From Squalus acanthias (Eukaryota): a stretch of DNA of 64,000 nt. The translations under genes were made by a program, and so were the position numbers. Shown piece after piece: positions 23,417-34,782 of the stretch. The DNA lies in contig CM059441.1 of assembly GCA_030390025.1 (NCBI GenBank), positions 24,800,001 to 24,864,000 on the forward strand, in the 5' to 3' direction. The notes below the pieces were generated by a model. The model did not search any database. It was not told the origin of the DNA and saw only the letters and a program-made list of their open reading frames with translations. How positions within the stretch are numbered: position 1 is the stretch's first letter; every line of letters begins with the position of its first letter.

Positions 23417-24683
23417 TTTCAGTTAGCGAACAACCGAAAAAACACTGAAACTGCGCGAGCGCAATGGCTTCAGCTTCGCTGGCAGCAGTCGCGTCCTAGA
23501 TAAAAAGGCATGTCCCTGATGTGACCAGGTCAACCTTCAGTGTCTGGGTTACAATAAATTACCTCTTAAGCAGGTTTACAGCCAATTAAAAAATAGATTT
23601 CCAACTTTCTCCCATCCCCCCAAAAAGATCATTCTTTTTAGCTTCAAAACGTTGAGAAATAACAGGGTGGGATCGATTAGGGATTAACAGGAAGTATAAT
23701 TTAAGTTACAAATAAGGCGGAGTGAGAAAAGGGCAAGAGGGTTGACAGGTTGCACCTAGATTGGTGACCTTAGATTGAAAGTAATTGGTCGGAAGTTTAG
23801 AGGGGAGTTGAGAAGACATTTTTTCACCCAGAGGGTGGTGGGAGTCTGGAACTCACTGCCTGAAAGGGTGGTAGAGGCAGAAACCCTCATCACATTTAAA
23901 AAGTACTTGGATATGCACTCGAAGCACCGTAACTTGCAAGGCTACAGACTTTACAGCCAATGAAGTACTTTTGAAGTGGAGTCACTGTTGTAATGTTGGA
24001 AACGCAGCAGCCAATTTGCGCACAGCAAGCTCCCACAAACAGCAATGTGATAATGACCAGATAATCTGTTTTTTTGTTATGTTGGTTGAGGGATAAATAT
24101 TGGCCCAGGACAAAGGCGCTATATAAATACAAGTTGTTGTTGTTGTTTCTCTCTCCACAGATACTGCTTGACCTGTACGTATTTCCAGCATTTTCTGTTT
24201 TTACTCAGGAGAGAAGTTAGGAAACACTTCTTCAGGTAAAGGGTGGCAGAAGTGCGGAAAACTCTCCCACAAAAAGCAGTAGATGCGAGATCGATTAATA
24301 ATTTTAAATCAGAGATCGAATGATTTTTGCTAGCCAAGGTTTTTAAATGGATATGGAGCCAAAGCAGTGGATGGAGTTCGGATACAGATCGGCCGTGATC
24401 TCGTTGAATAGCAGAATAGGACTCGAGGGACTGAATAGCCTCTTCCTGATCCGAAACGCCCACCCATCTGTAACAGAGAAGGGCTTTCTGCAATTGCTGC
24501 AGTAAATTGCAACCCAGCATAAACAGCTCAAAAGAAAAGTGACTATGTCAAGGAGTGGTTTAAAATGAAATAATTCAAGTCCAAAAAAAAGTACAACTGT
24601 TTTAAGTAAAAATTTCTGTGATGATACAATGATATTGTTAATCTTCAGGCAGGTTAAATCCCTCAGCCTAGATTATTACACAG

Positions 24684-24931
24684 TGTTGAGGCTGCCGCGA
24701 AACATGAATTAAGACTGAATCCATGTGTGGAAAAACAGAGACTTTTTAAGACAACTGCATGGTCCAAAATGGCTGAACAGACTGCTCCCAGAATTCTCTG
24801 GAAAAATCCTGAGGCCCCGCCCACTTCTTCTCTCCTGCCTTAAAGGCAAGGTGCCTTAAAGGCAAGGTGCTCGATATATTGTCCACGGACAGAAAAGTGG
24901 ATAATGCCCGTTTAGGTGGCGATCCGCCACA
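24684..24931 (-). repeat. 3' LTR (248 bp)
   Basis: Differs from the other LTR by about 3 substitutions and a 16-bp tandem duplication (ccttaaaggcaaggtg). Confidence 0.95.
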
Positions 24932-24945
24932 CAGCTCCCCCCAGA
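24932..24945 (-). promoter_or_regulatory. Polypurine tract
   Basis: Minus strand tctGGGGGGAGctg directly before the 3' LTR. Confidence 0.7.
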
Positions 24946-24951
24946 ATCCGC

Positions 24952-26313
24952 TTAGGAGGTGTGGACGAGATGGTGCGGCAGTCTGATGGGCCGGCCGGAG
25001 CGACTCTTGTAGGACGCCGGTGGACGTGGAACGGCCAGGCGTGGAGCCGCCGGGTGAACCGGCTTGAGGGCAGGTCGGCCACGTGGTGGTGGACGAGCTA
25101 CAGGGACCTGCTCACCGGGCTCCGAGTGTGCTGGCTTGAGTCGGTCAACCGACACTTTTTCGGTCCTGTCGCCCACTTGCAGGGTGAAAATTTTGTCCCC
25201 AGCCTGTAGCACCTTGTAGGGCCCGTCGTACGGGGGTTGAAGGGGTCCGCGGTGGGCGTCGTGCTGGACGAAAACGAACAGTGCCTGGTGCAGGCTTAGT
25301 GGGACGTGTGAGGTGGATTCGCCGTGTCGGGCAATGGGCACCGGGGCGAACTGCAGCGCCGGTGAGGCGCAGTCGTGGCGTTGCTGGTCGGCTGACCAGG
25401 GTGTCGTGGCGGTGGGCAGGAACTCACCGGGTACGCGCAGCGGCTGACCGTGCACGAGCTCTGCATGGAGGTCTTCTTTAACCGCGGTGCGCAGGCCAAG
25501 GAGGACCCACAGAAGTCGGTCGGTCCAGGCGCCGTCCTGGAGGCTGGCTCGAAGAGATGCCTTCAAGGATCTGTGGAACCGCTCACACAGTCCGTTGGCT
25601 TGGGGGTGGTACGCTATGGTGCGGTGAATGGTCACCCCGAGATTGCGTGCGACAGCGGTCCAGAGTTCAGAGGTAAATTGCGGACCTCTGTCCGACGTCA
25701 TGTCGGAGGGGACGCCGAACCGTGCGACCCAGGTGCTGACGAAGGCTCTGGCGATGTGGGCGGTGGTGGTAGAGGTCAGTGGAATTGCCTCGGGCCAGCG
25801 CGTGGTGCGGTCAACGATCGTCAGCAAGTGCGTGTGGCCTTGCGACGGCGGCAGGGGCCCGACGATGTCCACGTGGATGTGGTCGAATCTCCGCGAGGGG
25901 ACGGTAAACTCCTCGAGGGGTGCTTTCGTGTGTTGCTGTACCTTGGCCCGTTGGCAGGCTAGGCAGGATTTGGCCCAAGTACGCACATCCTTGTGAAGGC
26001 CGCGCCAGACAAAGCGGTTGGCTACCAATTTGATGGATGCGCGGGCGCCGGGGTGGGAGAGGTTGTGGAGAATGTCGAATACCCGGCGGCGCCAGGACGC
26101 TGGGACGACGGGCCGAGGTTGACAGAGGGATATGTTGCACTTGACCGTGACTGCGGTCGGGCCACAGGCGACGTCGGCCAGGCGTAGCCCTGGTAGGTTG
26201 GTAGGTGCGGAGAGCAGATCAGGGTCGGTGATCTGGTCTGCTGCGAGTTGAGCGTAGTCGACTGCCAGGTGTGCGGCGTGGATGGCGGGGCGGGAGAGGC
26301 AGTCGGCTACCAC
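24952..26313 (-). CDS. Integrase part of the same pol (out of frame after a short deletion)
   Basis: VADCLSR, H..SHPG...C..C zinc finger, HVDIVGP, SDRG, ERFHR (DDE triad), GPY motif. Confidence 0.9.
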   Translation of the reverse strand: MVADCLSRPAIHAAHLAVDYAQLAADQITDPDLLSAPTNLPGLRLADVACGPTAVTVKCNISLCQPRPVVPASWRRRVFDILHNLSHPGARASIKLVANRFVWRGLHKDVRTWAKSCLACQRAKVQQHTKAPLEEFTVPSRRFDHIHVDIVGPLPPSQGHTHLLTIVDRTTRWPEAIPLTSTTTAHIARAFVSTWVARFGVPSDMTSDRGPQFTSELWTAVARNLGVTIHRTIAYHPQANGLCERFHRSLKASLRASLQDGAWTDRLLWVLLGLRTAVKEDLHAELVHGQPLRVPGEFLPTATTPWSADQQRHDCASPALQFAPVPIARHGESTSHVPLSLHQALFVFVQHDAHRGPLQPPYDGPYKVLQAGDKIFTLQVGDRTEKVSVDRLKPAHSEPGEQVPVARPPPRGRPALKPVHPAAPRLAVPRPPASYKSRSGRPIRLPHHLVHTS

Positions 26314-28721
26314 ATTGTCTCGGACACTGCCACGAGCTGGCGCTGCTGCCTGGCGGACCAGGGGTCGGTTGTCTTTGCCATTGCAAATGTCAGGGGCTTG
26401 TGGTCGACAAACGCAGTGAAGGGGTGGCCCTCAAGCAAAAACCGAAAATGGCGGACCGCCAGGAACAGCGCGAGGAGCTCGCGGTCGAAGGTGCTGTACT
26501 TGACCTCCGGGGGGCGTAGTTGGCAGCTGAAGAAGGCAAGTGGTTGCCAGGCGCCGTCGACCCACTGCTCATACATGGCGCCGACCGCGTGGTCGGAGGC
26601 GTCCGTGGTGAGCGCTACCCTGGCATTGGGCCGTGGGTGCGCGAGCAGGGTGGCGTTGGCGAGCGCAGTCTTGGTGGAGTCGAAGGCGGCGGACGCGTCT
26701 GCCGTCCATTCGACCGCCATCTTGCCGCTCCTGCCCCGGAGAGCTTCATACAGGGGCCTCATGAGGGACGCTGCTTTGGGGATGAAGCGGTTATAGAAAT
26801 TCACCATCCCGAGGAACTCCCGGAGGCCTTTGATGGTGGTGGGGCGGGGAAATTGTTGGACAGCCTGCACCTTGGTGGGCAGGGGAATGGCCCCAGCATG
26901 GGTGATGTGGTGGCCGAGGAAGTCGATCTTGTCCAGGCCGAACTGGCATTTGGCTGGGCTGAGGATGAGCCCGTGGTCGCTGAGGCGCCCGAACAGGATG
27001 CGAAGGTGTTCAAGGTGTTCCTGCTTGGAGGAACTGGCTACCAGGATGTCGTCCAGGTAGACGAACAGGAACTTCAGGTCCCGAAGGACCGAGTCCATGA
27101 GCCGTTGGAATGCCTGGGCCACGTTTTTGAGGCCGAAGGGCATCCGCAGGAACTCGAACAGGCCGAAGGGGGTGATTACGGCCGTCTTGGGGACGTCCGC
27201 GGGGTGGACGGGGACTTGGTGGTATCCGCGCACCAGGTCGACCTTGGAAAAGACTGAGCGGCCGGCCAGTCTAGCCGAGAAGTCCTGAATGTGCGGCACG
27301 GGGTACCGATCAGGGGTGGTGGCGTCGTTGAGGCAGCGGTAATCCCCGCAGGGCCGCCAACCTCCGCCTGGTTTGGGGGCGATGTGGAGTGGGGAGGCCC
27401 AGGGACTGTTGGAGCGGCAGATGATGCCGAGCTGTTCCATGGTGGCAAACTCGGTCCGCGCGATCTCCAGTTTGGCCGGGTGCAGCCTGCGGGCGTGGGC
27501 GTACACTGGGGGGCCTGTGGTGGGGATGAAATGTTCCACCCCGTGTTTGGCGGCCTCCGTGGAGAAGGTCGGATTGGTAAGGGCTGGGAATTCGGCCAGG
27601 AGTGCCGAGTAGTCATCCGTGGCCCGGGCGTGGCACTGTGACGCCATGTCGGCGGGTTGACGGGGGGCCATGGCGCCCAGGATGGGGGACATGGTGTTCA
27701 TGTCCATGAGGCGGTGACGAGGGATGTCTACTAGTAGGCCGTGGGTGCACAGGAAATCTGCGCCGATGAGAGGGGAGAGCACCTTGGCAGTGATGAACTC
27801 CCATCGGTAGCGGCGACCAGCGAGGTCGAGGGTGACTGTCCGGGTGCCATACGTCTGGATTTCCGAGCCGTTAGCAGCAGCCAGCGCCGGTCCTCGTTTG
27901 CCCTTTTGGATGTCGAGGGAGGAGGCCGGGATGATGCTGTGCTGAGCCCCAGTGTCGCACAGGAACCGGCGGCCGGTTTTGTCATCCGTGACGTACAGCA
28001 AGGAGCCCGCGTGGCCCACGGCCATCACGGGGGCTGGTACGGGGGCGGACGTGAAAGAGCAGGGAGGTGTGCACCGTTGTGCCCTGGCGCCGAACCGTGC
28101 GTGGTAGTAACAGTGGCCCGGGTTAGTGGGGCGCGAAGGCCCCGTGGGCCTGGTGGCTGGTCCTTGTGGCCGCGTGGTGGCCGGTGAGGGGCGCGCCCAG
28201 GCATTGGCTGCCAGGTCCGGAGTGACGTCGCGGCTGGAGTGAGCGGACAGCAGCTTGTCGGCCTCATCAGCCAGGGCTTCCAAGTTCGTGAGGCCGGACG
28301 CCACGATCGCTGGGCGGATGCTGAGAGGGAGCTGGCGGATGAACAGCGTGCAGAAGAGGGATCCGGGTGGGCTCTCGTCGGTGAGGGAGAGCATGTGGGA
28401 GAGGAGGTCTGACGGTGAGGCATCACCGAGGCCTGGAAGGTCGAGGAGGTGGCAGTTTTGCTGATATGCCGAGGCCGTAAATTTTTTAAGGAGCGCTGCC
28501 TTGAGATGTGCATACTTGCCTTCCTCTGGTGGGTTCTGCAGCGCTGTCCAAACCTTTGAAACTGTGGCGCTACCGAGTGATGTGACGAGGTAGTCGTACT
28601 GCGTTCCATCTGTGGTGATGTTTCGCAGCTGGAAGCGGGATTCAGTTTGGAGAAACCAGGCTTCGGGCTGGTTTTCCCAAAACTCCGGCAGTTTCACGGA
28701 AACTGCGTTCGTGTCCGCCAT
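26307..28721 (-). CDS. Gag-protease-RT-RNase H polyprotein (ends at a frameshift)
   Basis: Gag VKLPEFW, CHCC motif CYYHARFG..A.RCTPPC, protease LCDTGA, RT YLDD, RNase H TTDASD. Confidence 0.92.
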   Translation of the reverse strand: MADTNAVSVKLPEFWENQPEAWFLQTESRFQLRNITTDGTQYDYLVTSLGSATVSKVWTALQNPPEEGKYAHLKAALLKKFTASAYQQNCHLLDLPGLGDASPSDLLSHMLSLTDESPPGSLFCTLFIRQLPLSIRPAIVASGLTNLEALADEADKLLSAHSSRDVTPDLAANAWARPSPATTRPQGPATRPTGPSRPTNPGHCYYHARFGARAQRCTPPCSFTSAPVPAPVMAVGHAGSLLYVTDDKTGRRFLCDTGAQHSIIPASSLDIQKGKRGPALAAANGSEIQTYGTRTVTLDLAGRRYRWEFITAKVLSPLIGADFLCTHGLLVDIPRHRLMDMNTMSPILGAMAPRQPADMASQCHARATDDYSALLAEFPALTNPTFSTEAAKHGVEHFIPTTGPPVYAHARRLHPAKLEIARTEFATMEQLGIICRSNSPWASPLHIAPKPGGGWRPCGDYRCLNDATTPDRYPVPHIQDFSARLAGRSVFSKVDLVRGYHQVPVHPADVPKTAVITPFGLFEFLRMPFGLKNVAQAFQRLMDSVLRDLKFLFVYLDDILVASSSKQEHLEHLRILFGRLSDHGLILSPAKCQFGLDKIDFLGHHITHAGAIPLPTKVQAVQQFPRPTTIKGLREFLGMVNFYNRFIPKAASLMRPLYEALRGRSGKMAVEWTADASAAFDSTKTALANATLLAHPRPNARVALTTDASDHAVGAMYEQWVDGAWQPLAFFSCQLRPPEVKYSTFDRELLALFLAVRHFRFLLEGHPFTAFVDHKPLTFAMAKTTDPWSARQQRQLVAVSETMW

Positions 28722-28746
28722 TGCAGTGCTCGGAATATGTTCTGAG

Positions 28747-28760
28747 CGTCGGGGTCACCA
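28747..28760 (-). promoter_or_regulatory. Primer-binding site complementary to tRNA-Trp
   Basis: TGGTGACCCCGACG, 1 nt inside the 5' LTR; complementary to the tRNA-Trp 3' end (CGUCGGGGUCACCA). Confidence 0.85.
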
Positions 28761-28761
28761 A

Positions 28762-28993
28762 TGTTGAGGCTGCCGCGAAACACGAATTAAGACTGAATCC
28801 ATGTGTGGAAAAACAGAGACTTTTTAATACAACTGCATGGTCCAAAATGGCTGAACAGACTGCTCCCAGAATTCTCTGGAAAAACCCTGAGGCCCCGCCC
28901 ACTTCTTCTCTCCTGCCTTAAAGGCAAGGTGCTCGATATATTGTCCACGGACAGAAAAGTGGATAATGCCCGTTTAGGTGGCGATCCGCCACA
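28762..28993 (-). repeat. 5' LTR (232 bp)
   Basis: Direct repeat of 24684-24931. Confidence 0.95.
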
Positions 28994-29091
28994 ACAGTGT
29001 AATTCTGTAATGAAGGCACAAGCCCACCTTACTTAGGCTAACTAGTTGCATCCAAGACATTAAACTTCCAGAACACTTCGCACCACAACTG

Positions 29092-30090
29092 TGGTCCTGG
29101 TCTACCCTGCCACAGAATACTGCTCTGCCTCGTGGTCCTGCAGCCGCCACACAAAGATCGTGGACGTGCAGCCAAAGGCCACCATGAGGACGGTGTCAGG
29201 GAACGCTGAAGTCCGCTCCAACTGATTGGCTCCCTGTGATGTCCCACATCGCCCCGCCTGACATTCTCCGCGACACCACCGTGCTCCGTGAGATGGAAAA
29301 AATCATCAGCAACATCGACCTTCCCGTTCACGAAGACTGGAAAAACCCACCACGAAAGCGTTTAAAATTGCACCGGCCATTCTGGGAAACAGCAGCCAAT
29401 GTTCTTGCAGCTGGTATCGACCCACTATCCAGAGGGACGGAATCGTGGGACGCAGGCAACATAAAGAACCAACACCTCATCACTGACCCAACACCTCATC
29501 ACTGACCCAACACCTCATCACTGACCCAACACCTCATCACTGACCCAACACCTCATCACTGACCCAACACCTCATCACTGACCCGACACCTCATCACTGA
29601 CCCGACACCTCATCACTGAGCCAACACCTCATCACTGACCCAACACCTCATCACTGACCCAACACCTCATCACTGACCCAACACCTCATCACTGACCCAA
29701 CACCTCATCACTGACCCAACACCTCATCACTGACCCAACACCTCATCACTCACTGACCCAACACCTCATCACTGACCCAACACCTCATCACTGACCCAAC
29801 AGCAGAGGTCCCCGGCTTTGACCTCCCTCAAAGACAGTGGGCAGCGCTCCACCCAATCCGCACAGGACACGGACGATGTGGCCGCCCGCTCCACCAGTGG
29901 AAGATGAGGGACGACCCGAAGTGTGACTGTGGCCATGAGTCCCAGACCATGGAACACATCACATCAACCTGCCCACTGAGATCTGTCGCGGGAGGCACCT
30001 CATTTCTCCACTCGGCCTCTCAGGAGGCCATCGAATGGAGAGCCAAACTGGACATCCCATTATAACCTTTTCCCGTCATACGAAACAACA
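29092..30090 (+). mobile_element. 5'-truncated Ingi/Vingi-like LINE
   Basis: EYCSASW, WLPVMSHIAPP, IRTGHGRC, CDCGHESQTMEHITSTCP CCHC finger, 3' end catacgaaacaaca. Confidence 0.7.
29469..29801 (+). repeat. 19-bp minisatellite (CCAACACCTCATCACTGAC), about 17 copies
   Basis: Head-to-tail, near-identical units without spacers. Confidence 0.95.
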
Positions 30091-30227
30091 ACTGGACACT
30101 ACCTCTTCTTTTTCTCTCTCTTGTAGCTATAAAATTTAGTTTCCTGTACTATTCTGATTGACTTAAGTTTTCGCTATGAGTAACGGACACTTACGATGCT
30201 CCCAAGCCATACATTATATTTTCCTCA

Positions 30228-30447
30228 ATAATAACAACAGAAAACGCTGGAAAAACTCAGCAGGCCAGGCAGCATCCGTGGAGAGAGAAAGAGAGTTAAC
30301 GTTTCAGGTCGATGACCTTTCGTCAGAAAGGTCATCGACCTGAAACGTTAACTCTCTTTCTCTCTCCACGGATGCTGCCTGGCCTGCTGAGTTTTTCCAG
30401 CGTTTTCTGTTGTTATTTCAGATTTCCAGCATCCGCAGTATTTTGCT
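30228..30447. mobile_element. Fold-back (inverted) Penelope terminal insertion
   Basis: Perfect 92-bp arms 30230-30321 and 30326-30417; 15-bp TSD attatattttcctca. Confidence 0.88.
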
Positions 30448-32639
30448 ATTATATTTTCCTCATTTGACATAGAACGTGGTAAACCTATGCCCAACATCCT
30501 GTTGGCACATGTTCTCGTCAAAGTCCAAAGACTATTTGTGGGGATCAATGCAGCGAGTTTGTGCTGTTTGAAATCAGTTCTACAGGTTCTCTATAAGGAG
30601 CTCTGAATGGAATTGGCAAGACTAACAATCTTAATGGCAATTTAAAATGTGCAATATACAATTTTCAAGGCTATAATCTAATCCAGGATTTGTGTAATGG
30701 ACATAAAAACATTATTCTTTCCTAAGGTTAGCTGTTTATGTTATGAGGTAATTGAAATCCTGAAGTTAGTTTAAAATCTTAATAGTCCTTTCCTTCCATT
30801 ATCTAGCCTGCTCTGTTATTTGGGACATGTTCAGACTCGTCTCATCTCCTTCCTGGCTTGATGCCAAGCCTCTTCATTTCATTTGTGAATGTCTCAACTC
30901 AATTATAACATTAGAAGAGAGGATGGAGATAGAGGAAATGTTTTTTTTTTAACATTGAGAACTCTAATGTGGAAATCTAGAACTCTCTCCCTCAAAAAGC
31001 TGTTGAGGCTGGGGGTCAATTGAAGAATTTCAAAACTGAGATTGATAGATTTTTGTTAGGCAAGGGTATTAAGGATTACGGAACCAAGGCGGGTAGATGG
31101 AGTTAAGATACAGATCAACCATGATCTAAACAAATGGCGGAACAGGCTTGAGGGCTGAATGGCCTCCTCCTGTTCCCGTGTTCCTAGCCAAAGTCCATAG
31201 TGCAGGACACAATCAAGGCTGGAGAAAGTAGGAGACAAGGTCAGGTAGATCAGGAAGTAATAGAGGTTGGGCAAGTCCAAGCTTGGCTTTTACAAGCCTG
31301 TAGGTTGCGGGAATGGATGACAAGACATTTCAAATGAGGTCCCAGTAAAGAATGATCAGGTTTAATCCTGATTTCAATACTGAAGATGCAGAGAAGTCTG
31401 TTGCTGTAGGGAAGTCTTTTTGTGCTGGATAAGGTGCAAATAATTTGGGCAGGGATATAAGCTAAGGAAGCCATGAACCATATGTTAACGTGCAAAGCTA
31501 TTACTTTCATGCTCACTAATCATTCATGACCAAAGTTATGACATCACTGATCGTGTGAAAATAAACAATTACTGAAACCATAGTGATAGAACGTTCTGAC
31601 ATCATCGGTTATACTTGCACATATGATCATTGGAGTAGAAATGGGATGTTGCCATCACTTTAGAGATGGAGGTGAATAATTATCTGGATGGAAAGTGAGC
31701 ACGAGGTGTAGCTTATAATTACTCACAACAATCCCTATAGGCCATAACTGGTTTCTATTAGAGGGCAACAGAATATTCGGACACAATTTTCCAACTTGCA
31801 TCAGTTCTTGTAAGTACAGGAGGTCTAATCCTAACTTAAAATGCTCCTCGTACTGTAGCCCACATTGTTGTGTGGTCACCTGTCAATCTGGGCTATATTA
31901 ATAAGCACAGCAGGTTTGCGTGCCAAACTTGAAAGAACAAAATACTTGAAGGGGAAAAGAATTACAGGTCTATGGGGAAAGAGCAGGAGACTAGGATTAA
32001 CTGGATAGCTCTCCCAAAGAGTCGGCACAGGCACGCTGGGCCGAATGGCCTCTTTCTTTACTGTATCATTCTATGATTCTAACCAACCATTCCTGCTGCT
32101 GGGTTATCTCCATTTAGTCATAATGAACGTGTTTTATGATAACGGGAGGACCTAACCACCACTCCTTGCATTCGGAAATGTAAGGTAGGAACAGACCAGC
32201 TGGTCCATCAAGCCTGCCTCACACTCATGACGCCTGCAGCCTCAGGACGAGACACTTCCTACCCCCGAGGCCATGTAATTTCCTAGGGGTGGGGGTTGCA
32301 AAAACAACCCAGGGCCAATAAAGGCAAATTCCTCTCCGACCCCCTCAGGCAATCAAAACCAGTTCAAGTGATCACATTGATCTTTCCACCTTACTTTTTC
32401 CAACCACGAGTAACCCTGCTGTTTGAGCACTTCATGATGTTATTCTGGGGTTAAGGTACATTTTTGAGAACAGAGTAGAAGGAGCTTTACTCTGCATCTA
32501 ACAACGTTGTGCCTGACCCGGGAGAGCTTGATGTTGATGCTGGGTGACAAAAGTGGGACAGGCTTCCATTCCCCATCACGGACTTACATTGTGGAGCAAA
32601 ATGCGCCACAAAGAAAATCACTTTCATAAAAAAGATCTG

Positions 32640-33700
32640 AGTGATTCAAAAGGGTAGTTATTCAGATTGGAGGAAGGTAGAAAGCGCGGTCCACAAGGCT
32701 CAGCACTGCGACCACTGTTATTCATAATTTACATTAACGATTTAGACTTAGGAATAAGTAACTCAATAGAAAAATTTGCAGATGATACCAAATTAGGGGG
32801 TGCAGCTAACGCTGAGGAAGAATGCAACATAATACAAGACGACATTGGAAAAACCTGCAGACTGGGCAGTTAAGCGGCAAATGAACTTTAACATCGATAA
32901 ATGTGAGGCGATGCACTTTGGTAGGAAAAACAGAAACATCGCCTGCAGTTTAGAGAATAAGAATCTGAATGGGGTAGAAGAGCAAAGGGATCTAGGGATA
33001 CAGGTGAACAAATCATTAAAAAAGCAGCATCGCAGGTCAGCAAAGCAATTCAAAATGCTAACAAAGCACTGGGATTTATTTCTAGTGGTTATAGAATTCA
33101 AAAGTAGTGAAGTTATGTTAAACTTGTATAGGACCCTGGTCAGACCGCACTGAGAGTATGGTGCACAGTGCTGGTCTCCATACTAAAAAAAGAACATAGA
33201 AGCACGGGAGAAAGTGCAAAGAAGATTTACAAAGGTGGTATCAGAACTGAGAGATTACAGCATCGGGAAAGATTGAACAGGTTGGGGCTTTTTTCTTTAG
33301 AAAAGGGAAGACTTAGAGGAGACCTGATAGAGGTCTTTAAAATTATGAATGGGTTGGACAGGGTAGATGTGTAGAGAATGTTTCCACTTGTGGGAGAATC
33401 CAAAACTAGGGGCCATAAATACAAGATAGTTACTAACAAATCCAATAGGGAAATAAGGAAAAATGTCTTTACTGAAGTGGTTAGAACGTGGAACTCGCTA
33501 CCACAGTAAGGTTTGAGGCAAATAGCTTAGATGCTTTCATAACGAAACTAGACCAGTACATGAGAGCAAAGGGAATAGAAAGATATGCTGAAAGGCTGAG
33601 ATGAGGCAGGCGGAATGGGAGGAGACTCGTGTGGAGCATAAACACCAGCACAGACTGGTTGGGCCGAATGGCCTGTTTCTGTGCTGGATATTCTCTGTAA
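32640..33700 (+). mobile_element. CR1 LINE fragment (different subfamily)
   Basis: [35 protein letters not shown]. Confidence 0.85.
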
Positions 33701-34309
33701 TTCCATGTAAATGTATTTAAATATAAATACAAACACACATGGTCATTGTCTATATATTTAAAATCATTTGGGGTCCTAATATCTCATGTGCTTCCATGCC
33801 AAATCTTGTCTGATAATGCTCCTCGGATATTTTTACTACATTAAAGGCGCTATATAAATGCAAGTCATTGTTGTTAGAGGATAAGTCTTTGAACTGTAAT
33901 GCCTTTGGTTAAAATGAGTTGAGAAGGATCTGCTTCACACACGGGGCTCTTAATGTATGGATTATGCAGCCTCCTAGTGCAGTGATCTTCGAGTCTAGAA
34001 ACTTTAAGGGACTGGACCAATTTCAGGATAATAGTTTGAATCAAGGAGATGACGACAAGAGAATGGCACAACATATGGCAAAACCTGCAAGTTTCAAATC
34101 TGCAGCAGTCAACCAAAGCCCACACCATCACAAGATGCTGGGAGATCAAGAGCTTCTCTACCACCTGGCCTGTAATGTTACACCAAGTTGCTGCTGGTAC
34201 AAGGCACACACGATGCCACAGGGGGGGGGGGGAGGGACGGTATATTCTAGAACTGGCTTTTTTTGTTTCCCGCTTACAGTATAGAAAATCTTCCATAATT
34301 TTCCTTTTG

Positions 34310-34690
34310 AAAAGGCTAAGAGGAGATTTGATAGAGGTGTTTAAAATCATGAAGGGTTTAGATAGTAAAGAGAAACTGTTCCCACTGACTGAAGGGTCGA
34401 TAACCAGAGGGCCCAGATTTAAGGAGATTGGCAAAAGAACCTGAGGCGAGATGAGGGAAAACTTTTTTACACAACGAGTGGTTAGGATTTGGAATGCGCT
34501 GCCTGATAGGGCGGTGGATACAGATTCAATAGTAGCCTTCAAAAGGGAATTGGATAAATACTTGAAGGAGAAAAAATTGCAGGGATATGGGGAAAGAGCG
34601 GGGGAGTGGGACTAACTGGATTGCTCGGATTGCGCAGACTCGATGGGCCGAATGGCCTCCTTCTGTGCTGTACTATTTCATGACTCTATG
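34310..34690 (+). mobile_element. CR1 3' fragment (related copies at ~5570-6210, 35410-35755, 46085-46430, 63720-64000)
   Basis: RLRGDLIEVFKIMKG...WNALP and CR1 3'UTR. Confidence 0.8.
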
Positions 34691-34782
34691 AATTTCTGGC
34701 TGGCTAGCTAGCCAATTCTTTCATATTTTATCAATTAGGTTTGAAAATAAAAGTCTTATTAATAAAGCAAATTGATACTCAC

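Larger units (their letters stand above)
24684..28993 (-). mobile_element. Ty3/gypsy LTR retrotransposon, CsRn1-like, with two LTRs
   Basis: LTRs 24684-24931 and 28762-28993 (TGT...ACA), 4-bp TSD ACAG (24680-24683 and 28994-28997), PBS, PPT and gag-pol. Confidence 0.96.

Noticed and set aside
24916-28609. Many long overlapping and antisense ORFs within the first gypsy element
   Set aside because: Expected by-product of GC-rich, stop-poor coding sequence; no recognisable domains.
29469-29801. CRISPR-like array
   Set aside because: Units are head-to-tail with no unique spacers, there are no cas genes, and the context is eukaryotic; it is a minisatellite.
33874-34542. 222-aa ORF on the minus strand
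   Set aside because: The first part is antisense CR1 sequence and the rest has no recognisable motif.
34759-34782. TMEM81 ending at VSINLLY* as a single-exon secreted protein
   Set aside because: A consensus donor (gtgagt) and a matching downstream exon complete the Ig domain and the transmembrane helix.
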